Program-made: the position numbers and the translations under genes
Shown: one piece after another, positions 11,401 through 20,607 of the stretch
Layout of the letters: each line of letters starts with the position of its first letter
Numbering within the stretch: the first letter of the stretch is position 1
Notes under the pieces: generated by a model
Databases searched by the model: none
What the model saw: the letters and a program-made list of their open reading frames with translations, nothing else
Told to the model about the DNA's origin: nothing
Origin: a virus
UHGV virus genome: UHGV-1366123
Strand: one strand, 5' to 3'
Length of the DNA stretch: 64,000 nucleotides

Positions 11401-14400
11401 AAGGCAGATATCGCTCTTGTAGACAAGACCAATAACAAGAAGTTCGAAGTACCTCTTGATGTGGACTTCTTCTCAAAGTTCGGGAAAGAGTTCTCATTTG
11501 AACTCAGACATGGGCGTGTGAGAATACAGGGTACGTCATCGACGACTTATCCACGTAAAAACTATCGTCTCTACTTTGATGTCAAGAAGAAGGATGCGGA
11601 AAATACTCTTACTGTGGGTGGTGTTCTCAAGGAAAAGCGAAAGTACGCTTTCAAGCCGAATTCTCCAGAGGTTGGTCTGTTCACAATGAAAGCCGACTTT
11701 GCGGAATCATCATCTACTCACAACTCTGGTGTTGCAATTATCGTCAATGATGTCTTCAAGCAGTGTGGATTCCTCGTTCCACCTCAGAAGCAGGATATCA
11801 ATGTTCGAATAGGTGTTGATGGTCAGCCTTGTGATATGTTCGTGGATAATCTCGACGGACAAGTGAAGTACATCGGCAAGTATAACTTCAACAACGACAA
11901 GGCAAAATCGGATCACGTCTATGGATTCACGGGTGATGCTTGTACATGTTTGGAATTCCTCAACAACTCGAACGCTGTGGGGCTGTTCCAAACGGATGAT
12001 ATGAACACCCACTTCAAGAATGGTCTCGAGTTCCGATATCCCGAAGATATGACTTGGGAACAGGCAGGTGATAGACAGAGACACGTTCGTCGTTTGTGGA
12101 GCTGGATCAAGTCTTGTGTAGGTCGCCCCGATAAGTTCAAGCGTGAAGTAAGAGACTACTTCGATATCAACTTCCTCTGTGGTTGGTATGTGATGACGGA
12201 ATACTTCATGATGGTCGACCAGAGAGTCAAGAACATGATGCTCGCCACGTGGGATGGAAACCTTTGGTATTTCATCCCTTACGATAACGACACTATCCTC
12301 GGTGTTCGTAATGATGGTAAGCTCATCTACGATTATGATATCGACCAAGACACATATGACGCATCGATTCAGAACTGGGCTTATGCAGGTCATGATTCCG
12401 AACTTTGGAAACTCGTAAGACAAGCACTTCAGAACGAACTTCAAGAAACAGCACAGAAGATCAGATCTGTGATGTCGAAAGAATATGTCTTGAACGTTCT
12501 GAATGAAGAGTTCATGAACAACTGGTCGAAGAGAATCTACAACAAGGACTCTGAACATAAGTACATAAAACCACTACTGGAGAACAATCTTGACTACCTT
12601 TATTCGTTGCAGGGAAACAGAGAATCTCATCGTCAGTACATCATCAATAACCGATTCGACCTTCTTGATGCGAAGTATCTCGCAGGTACTTACAGATCAG
12701 ATAACATAAGAATCTACTTCTCTCACAACTTCTCTCAAGATAACAAGGAGATTCACATAAAAGCATCAGAACAATACAACTTTGGTTATGGATTTACCAG
12801 CGGTGCTCCAAAACAAAGCGGTATTCTTGCAAATGACAAGAACGGTTACAAGGTTTCGTTGAGATTCTTTATGGATCTTATCGTCAATGACCCTCAGTTC
12901 ATATACGGAGCTTCACGAATGCAAGAGATCGACTTCCGTGAGGTTTCGAAATACATCCTCAACAATATCGACTTCTCAAGTTGTAAGACCTTGAAGAAGC
13001 TTGATCTTTCATGTGCCGATACGAATACGACACTTCAATCTCTCACGCTTACTGGATGTCAGAATCTTGAAGAACTCAACGTACAGGGCTTGCAATCTGG
13101 CGGATTCACGTCGCTTGATCTTTCTGGAAATATTCGTCTCCGCAAGTTTGATGGTCGTCGCACGAAACTTCAGAGTATCTCATTCGCATCGGGATCACTC
13201 ATTGAAGAGCTTTATCTTCCAAGAACGTTCACATTCCTGCAACTTCGTGGTCTCAGAAATCTCCGTTGGGAAAATATCCACTTCGAAGACAAATCAAAGA
13301 TCACGAAGCTGTGGATAGAAAACTGTGACAACATACGTTGGGAAGACATCATCCAAGAATTCCCAAATCTTCAGAACATCAGAATCTATGGTGTTTCCAA
13401 GAAGGGTCGTACGGACTTCCTCGAGAAATACAAGCTGATGGGAGGGATCACGATCGATGGGTCTTTGCGCAGAGAATCTGGATTTGTTGGTAAGTATGAA
13501 CTTGAGAACTTCCTCGAGGAATCAGAACTGGATAAATGGCAACGACAATATCCCGAACTTTCTATTCTGCAACCAGAATATTCTGTAATTGCAGTTACGG
13601 AATCGATCGTAGATTCTCGTGGTCTGAAACAGAACGTACTCGATCCGCAGAGACTTTCTAATCTTGACAATGAGACTGGTTATCTTTATAACAAGCCTTA
13701 TGTGATGAGTGGTCACGTAAAGAAGATCGTCGAGAATCGTAGAAAGTACAGAGGAAAGGAAGAGGAAAGAGGAAAGATGGTCGTGTTCCCACTTCACGAC
13801 AAACACTCTGGGAAATATGACACAAATGAAAATCCCGATCTCTGTGAAGTTGCAGATATCGACGTTGCAGAATCTGGGGGTATTTGGGTTCACGAACCAC
13901 AATCTTGGAGAAAGGGTGTTTATGACTACGAAACAGACACTGACTACTTCATCTGGTCATCAAATCTCGAAGAACCACGGAGACCAGAGGGCAAGAAGTT
14001 CGACTTCGTATGGTTTAGACAGAATGCTGTAAAACAGATCTACGTACAACCAAGAAATGGTTGTGTCGGTAAGAACATAAGTCAGTACCTTTACAAGTAC
14101 AGACGATCAATATCTAATAGCGATGAAGGTGCAGACTACATCGGTCATGTAAAGATTGATGTTGGTGGATTCAAGAGAGTGAAGTTCCCAATGATGCACA
14201 GAGGTTATCACAATGAGGATAATCCAGCAATAGGTCTAACAAGTCCTGGGTCTCGGAGACAACCTGGTGGTGAATACTACTACGAGAAAGCTTGGAATGT
14301 TGGTGCTTGTTTCACAGATGCAGATGGGAAGATCATAAAGTTCATACTTCTGAACAATTCGGATTTCTCTATTATGAACCCCGATTTCGGATGTGCAGTT

Positions 14401-15516
14401 CCTGCTGATGCAAAATACCTCTACACGTCGATACTCACTGACTTCTTGCCACACGAAGTTTATGAAGTATGGTTAACAAATAGCGATTCAGTTGCAGACT
14501 GGGAGCCAGACTGGACGAAACAAGAATCGATGTGGGTTGCACACAATCCTCTCGTGTACAGTACAAACGATAAGAGAAGACAATCGTACCCAGGCATAGT
14601 GAATGCCAAAGAGCATGACGGTCATATAGACACGAGATACAACAAAAACCAATGGGTGTTCAAACAGGGAACGTCGTTGTGCTATCATCACAACCCCAAC
14701 ACTGTGGCGAACTTCATGAGAAGGCATGCGTCGTACAGATCGATCGACAGAATAGAAGCTGGCTACTTCTGGCATCTTGTGATATCGGCATATGGAAGAT
14801 TTGACTATGCTAATATAACTGGTTGTTCTTCGTCGAATATGGACAGCGGTCGTGAGAAATTCTTCACAGATCCAAGAATTGGTGTAAACGATTCAAGATG
14901 TATCGGAACTGACGGTGTGTACAACAGATCAAGATTACAGTACGTGTACGACGACGAATATGGACAGAAACAGTTCAATCCATACAGCCAATCGCAGATC
15001 ATGTGCTATGGTTGGATGCAGTCTGTAGTGTTTATGACACAGGCGAGAAACAAGGATGGGGTCGATTATTCTGGTGGTAGCAATATGAACCACTTCAAAT
15101 ATTGGAACGATAACAGATATTCGCAGTGGTACGGTATTATCGCTGTTCAGAAATCAACGACATACTCACCAGTTGGATCAAAAGACGTTTATGTGATCGA
15201 TTGGGAATCTTCCAACAATGGTCGTAACGCTCCAGTGAGAACTGTGAATAGTGGTAAGAAGTTGTCTATTGTTCCAAGGTCATACACTGGTGCAACCGAT
15301 TTCAATGGTTGCTGTCTGTATTATCATCACAATAACGCTTATGACCGTTTCGGTAATGATGAATACAACTACGTGAAATGGAAAACGTTTGGTTGGGAGA
15401 CGTACGTTCCGATCTACCTTGGAAATGTCGTGATATCAAATAACTTAGAAGAGTTTAAATCACTGAAACATTACAAATTCCTATATGATGAACGATTCGT
15501 ACCAGATGATAACTAA
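8494..15516 (+). CDS. giant virion protein (2340 aa), probable tail fibre / host-recognition protein with leucine-rich repeats
   Basis: 7-kb uninterrupted ORF; Gly8 linker (GGGGGGGG ~9700); LRR-like segment LDLSCADTNTTLQSLTLTGCQNLEELNVQGL...LDLSGN (~13000-13400); aromatic/His/Asn-rich C-terminus. Confidence 0.6.
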   Translation: MATQSIKKVSVDNSLEESRKIINENFGVVDLMLQKINQYTGLFLENLKLPQDPLGNVKYVLRYDVQNGRYVVEPDSVVGSTGILDIVQQWSGEQGKNVTFMILNNISEYEDLDVEVRRTSIIYVKETRDVIICDRNLTNFTKEGIIQDIQNFFTEKNNEFAKSIKDFEGKLKSYKMGILRTFSTLEDMRSTTNPVSDKGEPLEDGNLVAIYNKANSGYEHNGKLFSYNPTATDADDRWIEVGKLSQTLGNRFTDEEKLKVSIIKNDGEPDMFLSANGSYRRIIVPTAPIQKIVVNGNELTPSEDGTVRIDAGKGSVKSVQIGTDPEILPNEDGVVKIPVDVELDENSQSPISNAIVAQEIGKLKRHSISSLDAELSEDGQSVVLSLYDEVRGEKFGSVTIPAGGGGGGGGQIQKSKLILQSELSKKHIRLGDTSAFSYTYDYKNADGESTGIRAKIEVTIKNGALTLFSKTYEDVSAGTYGVDINDYLREGTIDIYVKCTIRDEEGETKTKQTYQSLRVYDIRLETSYKLSANGQGYESADTIIIPFRVTGAGDKNVKLLMDGTQLQSQSVTKSGVTNGSFSIPAGSIVNGIHTMTLTTDVSVPGTTIHSNSIIFHLRRGVDLYKPFALFMFDDKVGRTYDAGEQIKMVVAQFEEFSFNYYVYDPSKAKANIRLTVGNQESSIVVDRIDQTYTNRFIDRSPKTISIKTSSDTFSLPVVIERSSMDIDKVVDSMSLELMSGGRSNTESNPAVWTYKGISTEFHNVNFSSSGWKNGSLSLVNGASIEINHKPFETDPTITGKTFEFEFSTNTISDKTSPIIHSLDNGVGISITPISARIQTSSGVYVETKFSTGRFYKITFVLSKKTETRILEIYVDGVRCGAVQYPSTDSILHQSPKSIVVDSSSSNIDLRTVRIYDRALQDDEILMNYIIDRPNPSDIVRLYRDNDVLDDSGAVSMQKLLAKGKSVMKMKADIALVDKTNNKKFEVPLDVDFFSKFGKEFSFELRHGRVRIQGTSSTTYPRKNYRLYFDVKKKDAENTLTVGGVLKEKRKYAFKPNSPEVGLFTMKADFAESSSTHNSGVAIIVNDVFKQCGFLVPPQKQDINVRIGVDGQPCDMFVDNLDGQVKYIGKYNFNNDKAKSDHVYGFTGDACTCLEFLNNSNAVGLFQTDDMNTHFKNGLEFRYPEDMTWEQAGDRQRHVRRLWSWIKSCVGRPDKFKREVRDYFDINFLCGWYVMTEYFMMVDQRVKNMMLATWDGNLWYFIPYDNDTILGVRNDGKLIYDYDIDQDTYDASIQNWAYAGHDSELWKLVRQALQNELQETAQKIRSVMSKEYVLNVLNEEFMNNWSKRIYNKDSEHKYIKPLLENNLDYLYSLQGNRESHRQYIINNRFDLLDAKYLAGTYRSDNIRIYFSHNFSQDNKEIHIKASEQYNFGYGFTSGAPKQSGILANDKNGYKVSLRFFMDLIVNDPQFIYGASRMQEIDFREVSKYILNNIDFSSCKTLKKLDLSCADTNTTLQSLTLTGCQNLEELNVQGLQSGGFTSLDLSGNIRLRKFDGRRTKLQSISFASGSLIEELYLPRTFTFLQLRGLRNLRWENIHFEDKSKITKLWIENCDNIRWEDIIQEFPNLQNIRIYGVSKKGRTDFLEKYKLMGGITIDGSLRRESGFVGKYELENFLEESELDKWQRQYPELSILQPEYSVIAVTESIVDSRGLKQNVLDPQRLSNLDNETGYLYNKPYVMSGHVKKIVENRRKYRGKEEERGKMVVFPLHDKHSGKYDTNENPDLCEVADIDVAESGGIWVHEPQSWRKGVYDYETDTDYFIWSSNLEEPRRPEGKKFDFVWFRQNAVKQIYVQPRNGCVGKNISQYLYKYRRSISNSDEGADYIGHVKIDVGGFKRVKFPMMHRGYHNEDNPAIGLTSPGSRRQPGGEYYYEKAWNVGACFTDADGKIIKFILLNNSDFSIMNPDFGCAVPADAKYLYTSILTDFLPHEVYEVWLTNSDSVADWEPDWTKQESMWVAHNPLVYSTNDKRRQSYPGIVNAKEHDGHIDTRYNKNQWVFKQGTSLCYHHNPNTVANFMRRHASYRSIDRIEAGYFWHLVISAYGRFDYANITGCSSSNMDSGREKFFTDPRIGVNDSRCIGTDGVYNRSRLQYVYDDEYGQKQFNPYSQSQIMCYGWMQSVVFMTQARNKDGVDYSGGSNMNHFKYWNDNRYSQWYGIIAVQKSTTYSPVGSKDVYVIDWESSNNGRNAPVRTVNSGKKLSIVPRSYTGATDFNGCCLYYHHNNAYDRFGNDEYNYVKWKTFGWETYVPIYLGNVVISNNLEEFKSLKHYKFLYDERFVPDDN

Positions 15517-16054
15517 CAAGCAAAGTGGGAACCCCGAGGTGGATGGCAAGCTCATCCACCTCGTAGATCCACTTCACGAGAAATACACAGTCGCCTACGA
15601 CATTAAAGGTCAAGGTGACGATATGACTTATAACGTACAAGAGTATGACCACCGACCAACAACGAAAGAGATCGTGGATTTGTTATCATCAGTTTTCAAC
15701 GGAGAATGTGATGAGGAAATACTCACTGGTTCATTATACACAACACTTGAAGATGAACCAGTCACAAAGCCTTTGTACCTATCTCAAGAGAATCAGTTCA
15801 ACTGGGCAACTGGTTTCTTACTCACGAATGCTCTTGGTGGTGCAAATCTCCCAGAATACATCAAGATAGGTGATGATGATGACTTCTACATCTACAAGAT
15901 AGAAACGCTTGATCAATATAAACACTTCGTTTTACATGTTCTCACACACATAAAAACCTGTTTGAACAAGTGTTGGCAGAAGAAGGCGAATATCGATCTT
16001 TCGAAATACACTCTTGATGACGAAGAATGGGGAGATGGAGATGGGGAAGATTAA
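15485..16054 (+). CDS. hypothetical protein (189 aa)
   Basis: ORF overlapping end of giant gene by 32 nt. Confidence 0.5.
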   Translation: MMNDSYQMITNKQSGNPEVDGKLIHLVDPLHEKYTVAYDIKGQGDDMTYNVQEYDHRPTTKEIVDLLSSVFNGECDEEILTGSLYTTLEDEPVTKPLYLSQENQFNWATGFLLTNALGGANLPEYIKIGDDDDFYIYKIETLDQYKHFVLHVLTHIKTCLNKCWQKKANIDLSKYTLDDEEWGDGDGED

Positions 16055-16385
16055 TGAGGTAGACATAGACAAGACAAAGACGAATGGTTGTGGTGCTATG
16101 GGAGGAATATTCAAGTTCCTAAAACCACCACATCATGAGTTTTTCCGTGGAGAGTGTGAAGTCCACGACATGCTTTATGAAATAGGTGGAACTCGAGAAG
16201 ATAGATTGAAAGCCGATATCGAACTTTTCCAATCAATGGTGCGAAGATCAACCTCTTATTTCAGAGATAGAAGTGTTGGCTCTCAGATGTGGTTCTTCAT
16301 TCTTTCTTACATCTACTACATCGCAGTAAGAGCTTTCGCTGGTCGTAGATTCACATACAAAGAAATAAACAACAAAAACGAATAA
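16014..16385 (+). CDS. small protein with phospholipase-A2-like motifs (123 aa)
   Basis: NGCGAMGG (resembles the Ca-loop GCxxGxGG) followed by CEVHDMLY (resembles the active site HDxxY); start uncertain. Confidence 0.35.
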   Translation: MMTKNGEMEMGKINEVDIDKTKTNGCGAMGGIFKFLKPPHHEFFRGECEVHDMLYEIGGTREDRLKADIELFQSMVRRSTSYFRDRSVGSQMWFFILSYIYYIAVRAFAGRRFTYKEINNKNE

Positions 16386-16393
16386 ATCAGAAG

Positions 16394-17176
16394 ATGGACA
16401 GTTTCAAGAAACTAAGTAAAAGCGAATTCGTATCAGAACTTCCACAGTTCATAAACAACTTCCTGTCGATTATAGAATCAAAGTTTAACTCATATGACTC
16501 TATAATCGACACTGCTCGAGGTATCATAAACCTCACAGGGAATAGTACAATGTCTCTCAAGAAGGTAGTTCTCAATGCCGATATTGATGACGTACTTTCT
16601 ATTCTCGATAAGAGCAATTCACAGATCGCCAGCATTGACAACCTTGGTAATGCGAGATTTGCAAAGCTCGTTGCAGGGAAAGGAACTACAAGTGTCGCAG
16701 ATGGTGAATCTTACATTGATAGACTGTTCTGTGATTCATTCAAGACGAGATCATTCTCCTCGACATCTTTTGATATTGAACAAACACTGGTCACTCAATA
16801 CGAGGTACTGAATGTCACACAGAATAGTGGTACTGACATTCACAATAAAAAGTCTGTACTTCTGCTGAACTACAATTCGATGATATCTTCGGGGGAAAAG
16901 AAACTACTGATCAACCCAGCAACTCTGAAAAAGGGGATGCATTTCACGATGCACCTTTTCCAATGTGGTGAATCCGACATCTGTCAGATAGCTTCTTCCG
17001 ATCCCTTGAGACCAATACGACTTATGAATGGGAAATCCACTGATGTGTCGATTGTGTTCAAAGGACAAAGATCTGATGAACCACAATTTGTCGAACTGGT
17101 CTATGTTGATGAGAAGAACTATCAAGGTCTTGTGGTTTATAGACACAGTGGTGTAACGTTCAGAAACAACGCATAA
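16394..17176 (+). CDS. hypothetical protein (260 aa)
   Basis: ORF. Confidence 0.55.
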   Translation: MDSFKKLSKSEFVSELPQFINNFLSIIESKFNSYDSIIDTARGIINLTGNSTMSLKKVVLNADIDDVLSILDKSNSQIASIDNLGNARFAKLVAGKGTTSVADGESYIDRLFCDSFKTRSFSSTSFDIEQTLVTQYEVLNVTQNSGTDIHNKKSVLLLNYNSMISSGEKKLLINPATLKKGMHFTMHLFQCGESDICQIASSDPLRPIRLMNGKSTDVSIVFKGQRSDEPQFVELVYVDEKNYQGLVVYRHSGVTFRNNA

Positions 17177-17287
17177 GGCATAAGGCACATACTCAAACAC
17201 AAAAATATCTTCGAAAGCACAGAGAGGTATCTTCGTTGAACTCGGAGATACCTCTCGCTGTTTTCATATTAGAAGAAAAAGATAGGA

Positions 17288-17307
17288 CAAGGAAAGTACC
17301 TTCCTTG
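17288..17307. repeat. GTAC-centred palindrome caaggaaagtaccttccttg (dispersed family)
   Basis: 20-bp near-perfect palindrome; family member. Confidence 0.7.
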
Positions 17308-17319
17308 AATTCATGCGAC

Positions 17320-17400
17320 ACTGACAAAGGTGTCAGCATGTATGACAAATCTGTCATGACAGACACATGACAAGGATGACTTGGTACGATCTTTGTTATA
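17320..17400 (+). promoter_or_regulatory. TGACA/TGTCA half-site cluster (tgacaaaggtgtca, atgacaaatctgtcat) followed by box TGGTACGATCTTTGTTATAAT
   Basis: Palindromic operator-like sites next to an extended -10 (TGnTATAAT) / sigma54-like (TGGCAC-N5-TTGT) box about 100 nt upstream of ORF 17496. Confidence 0.45.
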
Positions 17401-17495
17401 ATTATCGTGAAAGATCCTCACGGATCAATCAGACAAGAATCGTCATTATCCATCATCAATAACCACCGAAAGGTAAAAACAAAAGAACAGAACTT

Positions 17496-17987
17496 ATGAA
17501 AATGGTAGGCAACAACACGTACTACTTCAATTCCAAAGAAGGTGTTACACCAGCAGATCATGCTGTTAAGTACGACTACGGCAAGGCAGTATCAGATACC
17601 TTCTACGGTGATTACGACATGGCTGAAGCTCGCCTTGAAATCGAGAATCCCAAATCTCTTGGTGAATACCTCGAGAATATCGAAGGTCACTATGTTGAAG
17701 GTGTAAGCAACTGGCAGGAAGCGCACAAGTACCTCATCGATCTTGTGCAAGCAATGCTCGTGGAACTGGTGAAAACAACACCATCCTTCAACAACGTCAG
17801 AGAATACTCTGCTGTCATCAACGAGAGCTATGCTGACGGCTCTTTTGTTGACTATTCAGTGTCATATTGGCCAGAAAATGAAGAGGTCAACATCTACCTT
17901 GAAGCAAGTAACAACCTCAAGGGAATAGCTTTGAGTAGAAGCGAACTCGAAAAAATGCTAATCATCGAAGCCGTTGATCTTGAATAA
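17496..17987 (+). CDS. hypothetical protein (163 aa) flanked by TGACA repeat arrays
   Basis: ORF between two operator/iteron-like arrays. Confidence 0.5.
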   Translation: MKMVGNNTYYFNSKEGVTPADHAVKYDYGKAVSDTFYGDYDMAEARLEIENPKSLGEYLENIEGHYVEGVSNWQEAHKYLIDLVQAMLVELVKTTPSFNNVREYSAVINESYADGSFVDYSVSYWPENEEVNIYLEASNNLKGIALSRSELEKMLIIEAVDLE

Positions 17988-18016
17988 TGATCAATAACTA
18001 AAAAAGATAAAGATGA

Positions 18017-18055
18017 AAGCCCACCTCGACGCTCATATGCCGAGGTGGGCTTTTT
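18017..18055 (+). terminator. Terminator aaagcccacctcg...cgaggtgggcttttt
   Basis: 13-bp stem plus T5. Confidence 0.65.
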
Positions 18056-18061
18056 GCTTTT

Positions 18062-18240
18062 CAATATAACGACAGACATGACAGACATGACAGACATGAC
18101 AGACATGACAGACATGACACGGAATATGACAGACATGACAGACATGACACGGAATATGACAACTGACATCTTTGTCATGTCAGAATATGACACGTGGCAT
18201 CTTTGTCATGTCAGAATATGACACGTGGCATGACAAAGAT
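18062..18240. repeat. Tandem array: (gacagacat)x5, gacacggaatat, (gacagacat)x2, gacacggaatat, then a 36-bp direct repeat x2 (catctttgtcatgtcagaatatgacacgtggcat)
   Basis: Counted directly from the sequence; non-coding. Confidence 0.8.
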
Positions 18241-18333
18241 GTTAAAGGATGTTATGGCATATGACACTTTGTAATACAAGATGTTACAAAGTGTTAAAGA
18301 ATATATGACAAGACATATGACAACTGACAAATC

Positions 18334-18375
18334 TGTCATGTCTTTGAAACTCTGGCACGATTTTTGTTATAATTT
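18334..18375 (+). promoter_or_regulatory. ATGACAAATCTGTCAT palindrome (second copy) plus box TGGCACGATTTTTGTTATAAT
   Basis: Near-identical duplicate of the 17354/17376 elements, upstream of ORFs 18442 and 18807. Confidence 0.45.
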
Positions 18376-18441
18376 CTATGTGAAGATTTTCACACAAGCT
18401 AATCAAATCAGTTCAACAAATCAAATCACAAATCAGTCATC

Positions 18442-18759
18442 ATGGCTAATCGCAAGTCCAATGGTTTCTTCAACAACGCAATGGAAACCATCATCAGCAC
18501 GATCAAGAAGGTAGCTTCCACGACGAACCAGTTCTTCAAGACAAAGAAGACCCTTAGAAAGTGGATGTCGATCACGTTCATCCTCCTGCTCATCCTTGAA
18601 ACGTTCTTCCCACTCGGCAAAATCGTGAAGGGTCTCGTAGGTAACTTCATAGGTGGAGCATCTGGCGTAGTGATCTTCATCCTCGGCTTCCTCGCCACGT
18701 GCTACATCGTAGTGGAAGCAACAGATCCTGCAAACGGCAAGAACAACAAGAACAAGTAA
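18442..18759 (+). CDS. small membrane protein (105 aa; two predicted TM helices)
   Basis: Hydrophobic stretches ITFILLLILETFF and GASGVVIFILGFLATCYIVV. Confidence 0.45.
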   Translation: MANRKSNGFFNNAMETIISTIKKVASTTNQFFKTKKTLRKWMSITFILLLILETFFPLGKIVKGLVGNFIGGASGVVIFILGFLATCYIVVEATDPANGKNNKNK

Positions 18760-18806
18760 CCTCCTCCCAACAAAAACTAACCCCTAATCAAAAAGATCAA
18801 CGAATC

Positions 18807-20588
18807 ATGGCAACTTACATCACCCCCGAAGGCGCACGCAAGGAAATCAACAGAGCTTTCATCATCAAAGTTCGTCGTCACATCGTAGAGGACATGGAAC
18901 GCAAGCTCTATTATTCACTTTCTCCTGCATACCGCAAGAAGTTCACTATGGAAAAGTGGGTACGTGAACAGTCCGTCGGTAGACTTTTCATGACTGGGGA
19001 CAAGGACAACTCGATCTTCTCCGAATTCTTCTCAATCTTCTACCCACAGGCAATGGAGCAATCCTTGCTTATCCTCCACGACGAGGATGAATCTCATAAC
19101 GTCGTCATTGACATGTTCGACATGTTCAGAACTCGACGAAAGTACGTCAGAAACAAGGAAGTCGCAGACATCCAAAAGAAGATCCGTGAGATCGAAAGAC
19201 TGATCGAAAACCGTGAACAGAAGGTGACAATGTCAGACTTCAAAGCGACGAAGTCATTCTCGAAGGAACTCTCCGAAATCGAGGAATTCAAGGCAGAGAT
19301 CCAGACGCTCCAAGCAAGGATCAAGGAACTCGAAACGAAGGATGATGAAGCATATGCTCGTCGTCTCGAATCATACGACGGTCTGACCTATCAAGAGATC
19401 TATGAACTCGAAAGCCGTGACTTTTCGAAGTCAGAAGACAATGAATGGTTCTCTGATGACAAGCCCATCAGCGGTTATATTGCAGTCTCCGCCAAGAATC
19501 TCTCTCTGATGAGATTCAACAGAATGCAGACCAACATCGTTATTCCTATGTCAAAGCTCACGTCAAACAGTGATGCCGACGACGAGGAAATGATCGACAT
19601 CGCTCACAAGCGCAACACCGTCAAGGAAGATGACGAGGAAATTGAAATCGTCCGATCAGAAGACATTTTCAACCCCGACGAAGATCCAGAGGATGCAAAG
19701 AACAAGAGAATGATCAAGCGTTGCCGTGAACTCTTCGAAAAGTGTCCCAACTCTGAAGTCCTTATCGACTTCATCTTCCACGATCTTACCCACGAACAGA
19801 TCCGTGATAAGTATGGATTCGAAACAAGCGGTGCAGTAAAGTCTCGTGTCTTCAGAATGCGAAACAGAGTAAAGGAAATCATCAAGCGTGAACTTGAATC
19901 AGAAGCGATCCTTGAACGTCAAATTCCAACTGGTGTCGTCACGAGATACTATGAAAATGGTGAACTCGACACGATCAAGTCGGAATCATTCTTCGAAAAC
20001 TTCCAAATGGTCAAGCGAATCGAATACTTCGAAAATGGCAAGGTAAAGCGCACTTCGAACTATGTCGACGGCTCTCTCTGTGGTGAGTATACCGAATACT
20101 ACGAAAACGGAAAGGTCTATAAGAGCGGATTCTACACGAATGGTAAGAAGTCTGGGGAATGGACTACCTACTTCGAAAATGGGAAGAAGGACGAATGGGT
20201 GAACTATCTCTCGGACACCGAGAAGATCTTCGAAGTCTATAACGAACAAGGCAAGCTCGAGCAATACGGTCATATCGTGGAAGGTGTGGCAGTAGAGTTC
20301 TTCATCGACAACGTTCACACAGAACGCTACATGAGTGGAAAGCTCAAGGTACGTGGCAACACCGACAAGAAGAACAACCCGATAGGCATCTGGGAAATGT
20401 ACGACGAAGAAGGTCGTGTTATCAAATCAAAGAAGCACGACAAGAATGGTAACGTCGTAGAACTCTCAGAATACGACTACGACCATGCACAAATCAAGAC
20501 TTATCGTTACGGTGAAGATGGTGTTATGAAGGAAATGGAAACGAAGCCTATCAAGTCCGAAGATAACGCCCACGAAGACCGCAACTAA
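18807..20588 (+). CDS. protein with sigma-70 region-4-like HTH and C-terminal MORN/YwqK-type repeats (about 594 aa from ATG 18807; ORF opens at 18699)
   Basis: LIDFIFHDLTHEQIRDKYGFETSGAVKSRVFRMRNRV resembles sigma70_r4; repeats YYENGELDT / YFENGKVKR / YYENGKVYK / YFENGKKDE. Confidence 0.45.
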   Translation: MATYITPEGARKEINRAFIIKVRRHIVEDMERKLYYSLSPAYRKKFTMEKWVREQSVGRLFMTGDKDNSIFSEFFSIFYPQAMEQSLLILHDEDESHNVVIDMFDMFRTRRKYVRNKEVADIQKKIREIERLIENREQKVTMSDFKATKSFSKELSEIEEFKAEIQTLQARIKELETKDDEAYARRLESYDGLTYQEIYELESRDFSKSEDNEWFSDDKPISGYIAVSAKNLSLMRFNRMQTNIVIPMSKLTSNSDADDEEMIDIAHKRNTVKEDDEEIEIVRSEDIFNPDEDPEDAKNKRMIKRCRELFEKCPNSEVLIDFIFHDLTHEQIRDKYGFETSGAVKSRVFRMRNRVKEIIKRELESEAILERQIPTGVVTRYYENGELDTIKSESFFENFQMVKRIEYFENGKVKRTSNYVDGSLCGEYTEYYENGKVYKSGFYTNGKKSGEWTTYFENGKKDEWVNYLSDTEKIFEVYNEQGKLEQYGHIVEGVAVEFFIDNVHTERYMSGKLKVRGNTDKKNNPIGIWEMYDEEGRVIKSKKHDKNGNVVELSEYDYDHAQIKTYRYGEDGVMKEMETKPIKSEDNAHEDRN

Positions 20589-20607
20589 GAATTCATAACA
20601 CAAGCAT

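Noticed and set aside
11710-12558. 282-aa minus-strand ORF inside the giant gene; similar antisense ORFs at 24175-24735, 25717-26259, 26132-26590, 30610-31332 and 54787-55317
   Set aside because: These are shadow ORFs fully embedded in long, motif-supported + strand genes; low-complexity translations with no signals.
17894-18193. 99-aa minus-strand ORF translating as MSVMSVMSV repeats
   Set aside because: It is produced entirely by the GACAGACAT tandem DNA repeat; this is non-coding repeat sequence, not a gene.
18062-18240. Possible CRISPR array
   Set aside because: The repeat unit is only 9-36 bp with no unique spacers and no cas genes; it is a tandem/iteron array.
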